From: a virus
DNA: 11,459 bases
UHGV virus genome: UHGV-0179154
Reading direction: 5' to 3' (one strand)
The notes below the pieces were generated by a model. It saw only the letters and a list, made by a program, of their open reading frames with translations. It was not told the DNA's origin and made no database searches. Shown here one piece after another: positions 1-6,469 of the stretch. Made by a program: the position numbers and the translations under genes. How positions within the stretch are numbered: the stretch's first letter is position 1; the number at the start of each line of letters is the position of its first letter.

Positions 1-86
1 GTTGGGTCTGGAAGGATTTGCTGTACTGCGTGAATAGCGTTTTGCTGATGTGCTGGAGATCGAATTTCAAAGGTTAGCTTTTTCAT
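1..86 (-). CDS. ninB: NinB-like protein, 5' fragment only (first 28 codons; gene runs off the window)
   Basis: Minus-strand ATG at 86..84 preceded by GGGGGAGAGGG; translation MKKLTFEIRSPAHQQNAIHAVQQILPDP matches the lambda NinB N-terminus as I recall it. Confidence 0.6.
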   Translation of the reverse strand, partial: MKKLTFEIRSPAHQQNAIHAVQQILPDP

Positions 87-103
87 GACTTCCCTCTCCC
101 CCA

Positions 104-134
104 AATAAAAAGACCTGCGATTACCAGCAGGCCT
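104..134 (-). terminator. Rho-independent terminator between helicase and ninB (lambda tR2 position)
   Basis: On the minus-strand RNA, stem CCTGC/GCAGG (plus 114..118 and 127..131) with an 8-nt loop, followed by UCUUUUUAUUU. Confidence 0.5.
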
Positions 135-159
135 GTTATTAGCTCAGTGATGTAGATGG

Positions 160-1536
160 TCATACGTCAGCCCCTTGTGCATATCGTCTGCCACGCGCAG
201 CAGGTGCATTTGATGCTGTGCAAATCTGTCTGGCTTCATCCTGGTCACATGCCACAAAGTGTCCGTTACAGAACCGCTGGTAAACCGTACCAAGCGAGCC
301 AAAACGGTTTTTCGTCACAATGATTTCAGCAAATGGCGCGGCGCTACTGTTCTCGTCATATACCGCTTCCCGATAGAGCATGATGATTGAGTCTGCGTCC
401 TGTTCAATGCTTCCTGAATCACGCAAATCTGCGTTTGTCGGGCGTTTGTTTGGTCGCTTCTCAACATCGCGCGAAAGCTGACTCAGGGAGATAACAGGCG
501 TTTTCAGGTCTTTCGCCATCGCCTTCAGGCTTCCGGAGATGTGAGCAATTGCGAGGTCGTTGCGGTCTGCTTTCGGCTTCTCAATCAGGCCAAGATAATC
601 CGCCATGATGAGTGACAGGTTTGGGTTTTCCTGTTTGTGCCGTTCTGCGATTGAGCGTATTTCTTCGACCGATAACCGCGAGGCATCGACAACCCATACA
701 TCCAAATCTGCAAGCTGACTCATGCCGTTAGCAACACGTGCCCAGCCTTCGTCATCCATCGCTGCAGGATTTCGCAGCACACTAACCGACATCCTCCCGG
801 CGTTGGCAATGCTTCGCTCTGCAATCTGCAATGCGCTCATTTCCATTGAGAAAATCAATACCCCGCGCCGGACGTCAGAACCAGGAATAACGCGGCTTGC
901 AACGCCTTCGGCAATCTTCAGCGCCAGTTCGGTTTTCCCCATACCAGGACGAGCAGCGATTATCACAAGGTCTTCTGCGTTCATCCCTCCGGTGATGGCA
1001 TCAAGTTCTTCGATTCCGGTCTTCAGGGTATCGGACTCTTCTCCGTTCCTCAGACGCCTGTCAAGCGTGTCAGTGTAGTCAGTAATGATTTCCCCTAACC
1101 GTACAGGTTTTACCTCGTCACGGGGCTTTCTGATGGCTGAAAGACGCTTTACAAGTTCATCCATCGCCTGACTCGATGCGTCGATGGTTCCGCTCTGAAT
1201 TGGTTCACGCATTTCATCCATGATTTCCAGCACCAGACGGCGGTGAAAGTTATCCGCGACCATTCCGGCATATCCCTTCAGGTTTGCGGCACTCGGGCAG
1301 TTTTTGCTGGTCATCAGGATTGACGTGAAATGCTCCTCTCCGCACGCCTCGGCAACCATCAGCGCGTCGATTAAATTTCTGTTTCGCGCCTGCTTGCGGA
1401 TAACCTCGAAGGCTTTCCGGTAGAGCGGAATTGAAAACGCTTCCGGCTCCAGCGTTGCCAGAACGTCACTGGCGGTTGGTGTTAATCCACCAATCAGCAG
1501 ACCACCGATAACGCTCGCTTCGATATCCTGTTTCAT
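160..1536 (-). CDS. Replicative DNA helicase, DnaB family (phage P22 gene 12 type)
   Basis: 458-aa ORF with Walker A-like ARPGMGKT and DnaB-like C-terminal domain; ATG at 1536 preceded by GGGGGA; start overlaps the upstream O-like stop (ATGA). Confidence 0.8.
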   Translation of the reverse strand: MKQDIEASVIGGLLIGGLTPTASDVLATLEPEAFSIPLYRKAFEVIRKQARNRNLIDALMVAEACGEEHFTSILMTSKNCPSAANLKGYAGMVADNFHRRLVLEIMDEMREPIQSGTIDASSQAMDELVKRLSAIRKPRDEVKPVRLGEIITDYTDTLDRRLRNGEESDTLKTGIEELDAITGGMNAEDLVIIAARPGMGKTELALKIAEGVASRVIPGSDVRRGVLIFSMEMSALQIAERSIANAGRMSVSVLRNPAAMDDEGWARVANGMSQLADLDVWVVDASRLSVEEIRSIAERHKQENPNLSLIMADYLGLIEKPKADRNDLAIAHISGSLKAMAKDLKTPVISLSQLSRDVEKRPNKRPTNADLRDSGSIEQDADSIIMLYREAVYDENSSAAPFAEIIVTKNRFGSLGTVYQRFCNGHFVACDQDEARQICTASNAPAARGRRYAQGADV

Positions 1537-2354
1537 GCAATCCCCCTGTCTGCAAACTTCCCTTCCCGTACTCCCGTTAACGAATCTTCCCTCAGCAGGT
1601 AATCAAAATCAGCTGTCCAGCCCGTGTCGTTGTCTCCGAAGTAAAACGGCTTGGCCTGATGCACAAACGCCCTGACATACGCTCTGAAACCGTCCACGTT
1701 TGGCGTTTTCAGTTGCGGGATGATTTTCTTCAGGCGGCGTTTTCGTTTCTCGTTGACCGCAACAGCGTGTGGCAGTCTGTCACCGACTTCGGTGTTGTAG
1801 GCGTTCAGGAAGGATTCATAGTCGATTCGTTCTGCCTTGCGACGTTCAGGTTTAACCTGCCCATCGCCGCCCCCGTTAGGGGGTAAGGGGGTATTTGTAT
1901 TTATTGTCTTTTGTATATTGTCTTTTGTGTTTAGCTGACTTGGCTTATACCCATTAGCCGACTTGGCTAATGTTTTATTAGCTGTTTTAGCTAATGTTAA
2001 GCTGTCCTGGCTAATCCACTGAGAAACCACCTTGTTCACTCCGATTTTCACGCCATCAGCAATGAGGAATTTACGCTCAATAAGCTGGCGCTTGGCAGCG
2101 CAAACATGAGTGTGATGAATACCTGTCATGGCTGCTATCTGCGTGTTTGTGAGTCGATCCATCGGCTTATTGAATCCGTATGTCTTGCGCATGATAGCGA
2201 GCATCACCTTCATCTGCCGGACGGTTAAATCAGCCATCAGCAGACTGTCGGTAATCTCGTTAGCAACGCGCATGAAACCATCTTCGGTATCTGCCACGCG
2301 ATGCTCCACGACCTCCAGTTGAGGCCTGTAATCAGCTAACTTAACGACGCCCAT
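1533..2354 (-). CDS. Replication initiator, lambda O-like / P22 gene 18-like
   Basis: 273-aa ORF; AGGAG 7 nt upstream of ATG at 2354; iteron array and AT-rich tract lie inside the gene as in lambda O; translationally coupled to the helicase. Confidence 0.7.
   Translation of the reverse strand: MGVVKLADYRPQLEVVEHRVADTEDGFMRVANEITDSLLMADLTVRQMKVMLAIMRKTYGFNKPMDRLTNTQIAAMTGIHHTHVCAAKRQLIERKFLIADGVKIGVNKVVSQWISQDSLTLAKTANKTLAKSANGYKPSQLNTKDNIQKTINTNTPLPPNGGGDGQVKPERRKAERIDYESFLNAYNTEVGDRLPHAVAVNEKRKRRLKKIIPQLKTPNVDGFRAYVRAFVHQAKPFYFGDNDTGWTADFDYLLREDSLTGVREGKFADRGIA
1932..2017. repeat. Origin iterons: four ~19-bp direct repeats inside the O-like gene, flanked by an AT-rich tract (1889..1931)
   Basis: Repeats at 1932..1950, 1955..1973, 1979..1997, 1999..2017 (tagctgacttggcttatac / tagccgacttggctaatgt / tagctgttttagctaatgt / aagctgtcctggctaatcc); adjacent tandem attgtcttttgt x2. 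Confidence 0.6.
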
Positions 2355-2502
2355 GTTTCACTCCTGCTTTGGCTAGTCTGTAAACACCAACAAGGCGCTC
2401 TGCGAACGCCCTGTTATTTGCTGCGGCTACCACTAATCCCTCAGGTGAATCAGGGTGTCGAATCTCTTCTTTTTCCTGGTATTTCTTACGACGTTTTGTC
2501 AT
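2341..2502 (-). CDS. Hypothetical small basic protein (53 aa) between cII and O
   Basis: Hand-translated [56 protein letters not shown]; AGGAG 6 nt upstream of ATG at 2502; 3' end overlaps the O-like start by 14 nt. Below the ORF-track size cutoff. Confidence 0.3.
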   Translation of the reverse strand: MTKRRKKYQEKEEIRHPDSPEGLVVAAANNRAFAERLVGVYRLAKAGVKHGRR

Positions 2503-2536
2503 AATTACTCCTGTGGATTGATCCAGTCTTTCTACA

Positions 2537-2815
2537 TCAGGCCTCGAAGAATTCGCCGTTCTTCGGGGCTTTTTCTTTTGTCAGCATTCTGGCTACTTTC
2601 TTAGCCAGTTCCGCCAACTCCTCGTCTTCAACACCCCATTCAAGAACAGCCAGAAGCATTCCCATTTTTGGGATGAAGCTGTCTTTCCATCGCGAAATTT
2701 GCGATTCATTAATCCCTAACGCGTCAGCAACCTTTCGCTGACCACGTACAGCAATTCGATTCAGGATGTTGCTTGTAATTGCATTCGCTTTCTTGCGAGT
2801 ACTTGTAAGTTGCAT
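2537..2815 (-). CDS. cII: CII-like transcriptional activator
   Basis: QISRWK and MLLAVLEWGV motifs resemble lambda CII; start at ATG 2815 is preceded by AAGGAAATACTTACAT, which matches the lambda cII start context as I recall it. The track ORF extends further 5' to 2902, but that start is not supported. Confidence 0.75.
   Translation of the reverse strand: MQLTSTRKKANAITSNILNRIAVRGQRKVADALGINESQISRWKDSFIPKMGMLLAVLEWGVEDEELAELAKKVARMLTKEKAPKNGEFFEA
2542..2580 (+). terminator. Strong plus-strand intrinsic terminator inside the cII 3' end (lambda oop RNA-like antisense terminator)
   Basis: 10-bp stem 2542..2551 / 2559..2568 with 7-nt loop, then CTTTTTCTTTTG; the minus strand has no U-tract after the hairpin, so it is unidirectional. 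Confidence 0.55.
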
Positions 2816-2874
2816 ATGTAAGTATTTCCTTAACAAATAAGAAGTTATGCGCACCAACTGATGCGCGTTGTATT

Positions 2875-2918
2875 CCCGCATTTCGGCGGGAATGAGGACC
2901 ATGACTGTTAAAGAGCGG
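2875..2918 (-). promoter_or_regulatory. nutR-like site (boxA CGCTCTTTAACA plus boxB hairpin)
   Basis: Minus-strand boxA at plus 2907..2918 and boxB CCCGCCGAAATGCGGG at 2875..2890, just downstream of the cro stop; near-identical copy at nutL. Confidence 0.6.
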
Positions 2919-2923
2919 TGTTA

Positions 2924-3118
2924 CTATTTGTTTTTCTTGTTGCTTGGGAAAGGACGAACTTCCTCTCCAATCACACTGCCATCAGGCTTTACCGTAACCA
3001 TGATGTTACGGCCTGCCAGAATGGCCTTGCTGATAGCGCACTGGATTACACCAAAGTCACTGGCTGCTTTAGCCTGTCCATGGATTTTGGCGTAATCGGC
3101 AAGTGTCATTCGAATCAT
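2924..3118 (-). CDS. cro: Cro-like repressor
   Basis: Strong resemblance to lambda Cro (TLxDYA, GQxKxA, KAIxAGR, DGSV, EEVxPFPSNKK); ATG at 3118 preceded by GGAGAG. The track start at 3124 is a GTG. Confidence 0.8.
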   Translation of the reverse strand: MIRMTLADYAKIHGQAKAASDFGVIQCAISKAILAGRNIMVTVKPDGSVIGEEVRPFPSNKKNK

Positions 3119-3147
3119 ATGCACTCTCCGTTATTAACCATGAACAA

Positions 3148-3176
3148 AGAATACTACAGGTATTCAAAGCAATCAA
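3148..3176 (-). promoter_or_regulatory. PR-like promoter driving cro
   Basis: On the minus strand: -35 TTGATT (plus 3171..3176), 17-nt spacer, -10 TATTCT (plus 3148..3153); overlaps OR1 and OR2. Confidence 0.45.
3150..3164. promoter_or_regulatory. OR1-like operator (AATACTACAGGTATT)
   Basis: 15-bp palindromic site AATAC-N5-GTATT; same motif recurs at OR2 and at OL. Confidence 0.55.
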
Positions 3177-3189
3177 TACTCAGGGTATT
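3175..3189. promoter_or_regulatory. OR2-like operator (AATACTCAGGGTATT)
   Basis: Second copy of AATAC-N5-GTATT, 10 bp from OR1. Confidence 0.55.
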
Positions 3190-3190
3190 T

Positions 3191-3218
3191 TTAGTTTAAG
3201 TACCTTAGCTATTAGAAT
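3191..3218 (+). promoter_or_regulatory. PRM-like promoter for cI (probably leaderless)
   Basis: -10 TAGAAT at 3213..3218 with a weak -35 near 3191..3196; no Shine-Dalgarno before the cI ATG at 3225. Confidence 0.35.
3199..3213. promoter_or_regulatory. Possible degenerate OR3 (AGTACCTTAGCTATT)
   Basis: Partial match to the operator consensus at the expected spacing; overlaps the PRM -10. Confidence 0.3.
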
Positions 3219-3224
3219 TAAGCT

Positions 3225-3941
3225 ATGGAAAATAAAAAATCACTGACGACAGAACAGCTCGAAGACGCTAAGCGGCTTAAGGCTTTGTATGAGTCAAAAA
3301 AGAAAGAATTGGGAATAACCCAATACTCAATCGCTGATGAACTGGGTATCACCCAAGGAGCGGTAGGGCATTATCTTAATGGCAGAAACGCGCTAAACGT
3401 TGAGGTCGCATCTGGTTTTGCACGTTTGTTGCAAGTCTCAATTGCTGATTTTAGCCAGTCAATTGCTGCCAAGGTTGCAGAACAGGCAGAAAGCCTTAAG
3501 AGCGATGCCAACGTAAGGTATGCAGGGGAATACAGAGCAGGAAAGAGGTATCCGGTGTTAAGCAGTATCCAGGCTGGCTCGTGGTGTGAAGCATGCGAAC
3601 CATACACCATTAAAGACATAGATGTTTGGCTTGAGTCTGACGCGCATATTCAAGGCAATGCGTTCTGGCTTAAAGTGGAAGGTGATTCAATGACGGCACC
3701 GGTTGGGTTAAGCATTCCAGAGGGAACATTCGTTCTTTTCGATACCGGAAGGGAGGCGATCAACGGCAGCCTGGTCATAGCAAAACTTTCTGACTCTAAC
3801 GAAGCAACATTCAAGAAGCTGATAATCGACGGCGGAAATAAATACCTCAAGGGACTTAACCCTGCATGGCCTCTCGTGCCAATCAATGGAAACTGCAAGA
3901 TTATAGGCGTTGCAATTGAGACAAAACTAAGGCTGGTTTGA
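3225..3941 (+). CDS. cI: CI-like repressor (HTH N-domain plus LexA/S24-like autocleaving C-domain)
   Basis: 238 aa; N-terminus LTxEQLEDAKRLKALYE resembles lambda CI; candidate Ala-Gly cleavage site in SSIQAGSW; GDSM serine and FKKL lysine motifs present. Confidence 0.85.
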   Translation: MENKKSLTTEQLEDAKRLKALYESKKKELGITQYSIADELGITQGAVGHYLNGRNALNVEVASGFARLLQVSIADFSQSIAAKVAEQAESLKSDANVRYAGEYRAGKRYPVLSSIQAGSWCEACEPYTIKDIDVWLESDAHIQGNAFWLKVEGDSMTAPVGLSIPEGTFVLFDTGREAINGSLVIAKLSDSNEATFKKLIIDGGNKYLKGLNPAWPLVPINGNCKIIGVAIETKLRLV

Positions 3942-3960
3942 TCACGCAAGGGGGACGCTT

Positions 3961-4329
3961 ATGGTTGGAACCGCTATAGCAAGCTTTTTTGGGATGTTGG
4001 CAATCTCAACAATTTACGGCTTAGCGCATGCTTTTATTGCGAAATCTCTATCAGAAAAAATAAGCCAGGCTTGGGCGCATAGATCAGCTCGTTTCATGAT
4101 TCTAGTGGTCATAGCAATACAAGGGATATCTGCATTTATCCTCTATGGATCAAGCTTATACCTGTTGTATCAAGGCGCGACATTTACGCCTTACACCAGT
4201 GATTACGGAACTCTATACGATGGTAGTGAAGACATCTCTATGGCTTGGATCGTCTTTGGTTTATCTATGGCCGTGTCTGTTGTAGCAGACATCATTAAGG
4301 TAATTCTCGTCTTAACCTTCGCTGACTAA
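3961..4329 (+). CDS. Small membrane protein with three predicted TM helices, co-transcribed with cI (rexAB position)
   Basis: GGGGGA 5 nt upstream of ATG at 3961, 19 nt after the cI stop; three hydrophobic stretches (aa 3-27, 45-70, 94-120); no recognisable family. Confidence 0.6.
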   Translation: MVGTAIASFFGMLAISTIYGLAHAFIAKSLSEKISQAWAHRSARFMILVVIAIQGISAFILYGSSLYLLYQGATFTPYTSDYGTLYDGSEDISMAWIVFGLSMAVSVVADIIKVILVLTFAD

Positions 4330-4433
4330 CCCATAATCCCGGCAGCAATAGCTATCGGGATCCACTTCACATATCCCGCATAAAAAGCACTGAACAAGCA
4401 GATACCGAAAAAATAAATATCCTTTGTATTCAT
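4326..4433 (-). CDS. Possible small hydrophobic peptide (35 aa), convergent with the membrane gene
   Basis: Hand-translated MNTKDIYFFGICLFSAFYAGYVKWIPIAIAAGIMG; no clear Shine-Dalgarno; may be a chance ORF. Confidence 0.15.
   Translation of the reverse strand: MNTKDIYFFGICLFSAFYAGYVKWIPIAIAAGIMG
4416..4430. promoter_or_regulatory. Possible OL3 (AATATCCTTTGTATT)
   Basis: One mismatch to AATAC-N5-GTATT; spaced 28 bp from OL2. Confidence 0.3.
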
Positions 4434-4458
4434 TTGTTTATCATTATTTCATCAAAAT

Positions 4459-4473
4459 AAATACCTTGGGTAT
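4459..4473. promoter_or_regulatory. OL2-like operator (AATACCTTGGGTATT)
   Basis: Perfect AATAC-N5-GTATT palindrome. Confidence 0.55.
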
Positions 4474-4500
4474 TTACACAATAAAATACCTACAGTATTC
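4472..4500 (+). promoter_or_regulatory. PL-like promoter
   Basis: -35 TTTACA (4472..4477), 17-nt spacer, -10 TATTCT (4495..4500); same TAG/CAG-TATTCT arrangement as the PR candidate. Confidence 0.45.
4484..4498. promoter_or_regulatory. OL1-like operator (AATACCTACAGTATT)
   Basis: Perfect AATAC-N5-GTATT palindrome overlapping the PL -10. Confidence 0.55.
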
Positions 4501-4547
4501 TTTAGCCATCAGCAGGACGCTGGAAGCCAAACGGAACAGATTGGCAG

Positions 4548-4587
4548 GCTCTTTAACATTGATGGGATTGTCCCGCCGAAATGCGGG
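4548..4587 (+). promoter_or_regulatory. nutL-like site (boxA GCTCTTTAACA plus boxB CCCGCCGAAATGCGGG)
   Basis: boxA 4548..4558 and boxB hairpin 4572..4587, about 40 nt downstream of the predicted PL start; boxB identical to nutR. Confidence 0.6.
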
Positions 4588-4899
4588 AACCAAAGAGTAG
4601 TTGGCTTAGGGGTGACGTGAAGTGCAGCTGCACGACGGCAACCGGAAGATAAGCACCCGGCGCGTCACCGCCAAAGTCAATTCCATAGGCGAAATGCAGC
4701 CGCCAAACACAGCCAATGCTGCACATGCAACAGGAGGATTTATGTGAATGCATAACTTCAAAACCGAGGTTAATTAAATCTCTCGATCCGAGCATCGACC
4801 TATTAGGTGGCGAGATGCTCTTTCTGCCCCTCAGTTCGAGGGGCCAGAAACCACTTTGCAATCACTATCAATTCCAAAGTTGTTTCATCGGAGGTCAAC

Positions 4900-5172
4900 A
4901 TGACAGTAGTCATTACATATCTGGCTGACGATAACGCCAGAAATCGCCGCAGAGCACGCAGACAGGCTAAACGTGAACAGGCAATGCAAGAGCAGCGACT
5001 GGCGCGAAAAATTGCGCTAAAGCTCTCTGGTTGCGTCAGAGCAGACAAAGCAGCATCACTCGGAAGCCTTCGCTGCAAAAAGGCAGAAGAATGCAGTGGA
5101 AGTATTTGCCTGCCAAACGTAGCCATTTACGCGGCAGGCTACCGGAAATCAAAACAACTGACGGCGAGGTAA
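4900..5172 (+). CDS. N: N-like transcription antiterminator (arginine-rich motif)
   Basis: GGAGG 5 nt upstream of ATG at 4900; N-terminal NARNRRRARRQAKREQA resembles the lambda N arginine-rich motif; first gene after PL/nutL. Confidence 0.65.
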   Translation: MTVVITYLADDNARNRRRARRQAKREQAMQEQRLARKIALKLSGCVRADKAASLGSLRCKKAEECSGSICLPNVAIYAAGYRKSKQLTAR

Positions 5173-5175
5173 GTG

Positions 5176-5400
5176 ATGAATCAGACATACATTCCATCAT
5201 GCTTGAGAAATCTGCCAAAGCAGAAAGCAAAGCCCCGCAAGCAAGCCATAAAGGACGCTAAGGCAGAGGTTATTGATCAAGCAATACAATTGCTCAGGGA
5301 GGAGTTAAGAAGTGGCAAGCTCGAAGGAATGATGATGCCCTATCAGCGCGGATATCTATCGGCGATTAGTAAGTTGGAAGTATTGAAGAGTGAATTATGA
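5176..5400 (+). CDS. Hypothetical protein (74 aa), translationally coupled to N
   Basis: GAGG 6 nt upstream of ATG at 5176, 3 nt after the N stop; no recognisable family. Confidence 0.5.
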   Translation: MNQTYIPSCLRNLPKQKAKPRKQAIKDAKAEVIDQAIQLLREELRSGKLEGMMMPYQRGYLSAISKLEVLKSEL

Positions 5401-5462
5401 ACTATCTGGAATTTCCGGATGGTTCATTGTTTTGGCAGCAAACCACTTATTTGAGGTGAGAT

Positions 5463-5933
5463 ATGACAATATCATGGAGCGTACCTTTTCCTGAATCAGA
5501 AACTGAACATGATGGAATGCCTGTTTTCTGGAGATTCCAGGCGACAGTTGAAGAAGATGGAATCAAAATATTCGCACTTCAATATATAGCTTTTCATCAG
5601 ACAGAGCATTATGCATGGTTGGTTCCTGCGCATTGGATTGTTAATTTTAAACCAGCACCAAATCAGTGGTTACAGGAATGGAAACAAAAGAGAAATAGAT
5701 ATGCAATTAAGAAAGTAGCAAAAAATGCAGAAAGATCTTTTGCATTCCCAACGAAGAAACTTGCCATTGAGAGTTTATTGCGCCGGAAGAAATACCATTT
5801 AATTAGAATCAAACAAGATTTGGCTGTTGTATCAACTCTTGTTGATGGGATGAAGAATATTGATACATCAACACCAGATATTGAATATAACTTTGGACAC
5901 AACCAAGAAACAGAAAATTGGGTATTCTACTAG
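5463..5933 (+). CDS. Hypothetical protein (156 aa) in AT-rich island
   Basis: GAGGTG upstream of ATG at 5463; followed directly by an intrinsic terminator; no recognisable motifs. Confidence 0.55.
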   Translation: MTISWSVPFPESETEHDGMPVFWRFQATVEEDGIKIFALQYIAFHQTEHYAWLVPAHWIVNFKPAPNQWLQEWKQKRNRYAIKKVAKNAERSFAFPTKKLAIESLLRRKKYHLIRIKQDLAVVSTLVDGMKNIDTSTPDIEYNFGHNQETENWVFY

Positions 5934-5957
5934 GCCGCATAGTCGGCCTTTATTTTT
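5932..5957 (+). terminator. Rho-independent terminator after the 156-aa ORF
   Basis: Stem AGGCCG/CGGCCT (5932..5937, 5944..5949), 6-nt loop, then TTTATTTTT. Confidence 0.6.
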
Positions 5958-5979
5958 GGCATAAACAACAGAGGCTAAC

Positions 5980-6276
5980 ATGGAATTTAAAGGTACTAAA
6001 GGTAAGTGGGAAATAATGATGGATGGCGATGAGATTAAAATCATCCAGGCAGACTCACTTGAAAATGGCGCAGGCTGGCGTTCGTATATTGCAATCTGTG
6101 AGGAAGTTCAATGTATTGAAGATGCCAATCTAATAGCGGCAGCACCTGACCTTCTCGAAGCACTTCAGTTATTACTTAAGCAATCCAAAAATAGAACAAC
6201 GACAACATATCCAGAATGGTATGGAGCTGTTAATAAAGGTCTTGCAGCAATCAGAAAAGCTCTTGGGGATAAGTAA
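5980..6276 (+). CDS. Hypothetical protein (98 aa)
   Basis: AGAGG upstream of ATG at 5980; stop overlaps the next start (TAATG). Confidence 0.5.
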   Translation: MEFKGTKGKWEIMMDGDEIKIIQADSLENGAGWRSYIAICEEVQCIEDANLIAAAPDLLEALQLLLKQSKNRTTTTYPEWYGAVNKGLAAIRKALGDK

Positions 6277-6464
6277 TGAAAGTAAAAATAACTGCTTCTA
6301 ATACCAGTTTTGTTAGTGTTGGTGATATTACAGAAGTAATAACAAACCATGATGGAACACAAGTTATGTGGTCTGATTTTTGTAAAAGATATGAGCGAGT
6401 TAGTTGGTGTAAAAACGTATGGGGAGTCGAATACGAAGAATTACCTGAAATGCATGACGAATAA
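6276..6464 (+). CDS. Hypothetical protein (62 aa), coupled to the upstream gene
   Basis: ATG overlaps the upstream TAA (TAATG); no recognisable family. Confidence 0.45.
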   Translation: MKVKITASNTSFVSVGDITEVITNHDGTQVMWSDFCKRYERVSWCKNVWGVEYEELPEMHDE

Positions 6465-6469
6465 GCGCT

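Noticed and set aside
722-1078. 118-aa plus-strand ORF in the track
   Set aside because: Lies entirely antisense within the well-supported helicase gene, has no ribosome-binding site, and is Ser/Ala/Pro-rich as expected from an antisense frame.
1659-2322. Plus-strand ORFs 1659..1886 and 2128..2322
   Set aside because: Antisense to the O-like gene; no ribosome-binding sites; the low-complexity composition is explained by the ori repeats.
2868-3199. Plus-strand ORFs 2868..3095 and 2918..3199
   Set aside because: Overlap cro on the opposite strand and run through nutR and the operators; no start signals; cro homology is strong on the minus strand.
3371-3949. Minus-strand ORFs 3371..3619 and 3650..3949
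   Set aside because: Antisense to the cI-like gene, which has clear homology and domain structure.
4336-4361. Inverted repeat ATCCCG-N14-CGGGAT after the membrane gene as a terminator
   Set aside because: The loop is long and no T-tract follows on either strand, so it is not a convincing intrinsic terminator.
4816-4844. boxA-like TGCTCTTT plus hairpin initially taken as nutL
   Set aside because: A closer match to nutR (identical boxB and near-identical boxA) exists at 4548..4587; this second element is kept only as a possible leader structure.
4807-4899. Track start (GTG at 4807) for the N-like ORF
   Set aside because: No Shine-Dalgarno there, whereas ATG 4900 has GGAGG at 5 nt and the arginine-rich motif begins right after it.
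4553-5126. Minus-strand ORFs 4553..4861 and 4803..5126
   Set aside because: Antisense to the nutL leader and N; would be transcribed against PL; no ribosome-binding sites.
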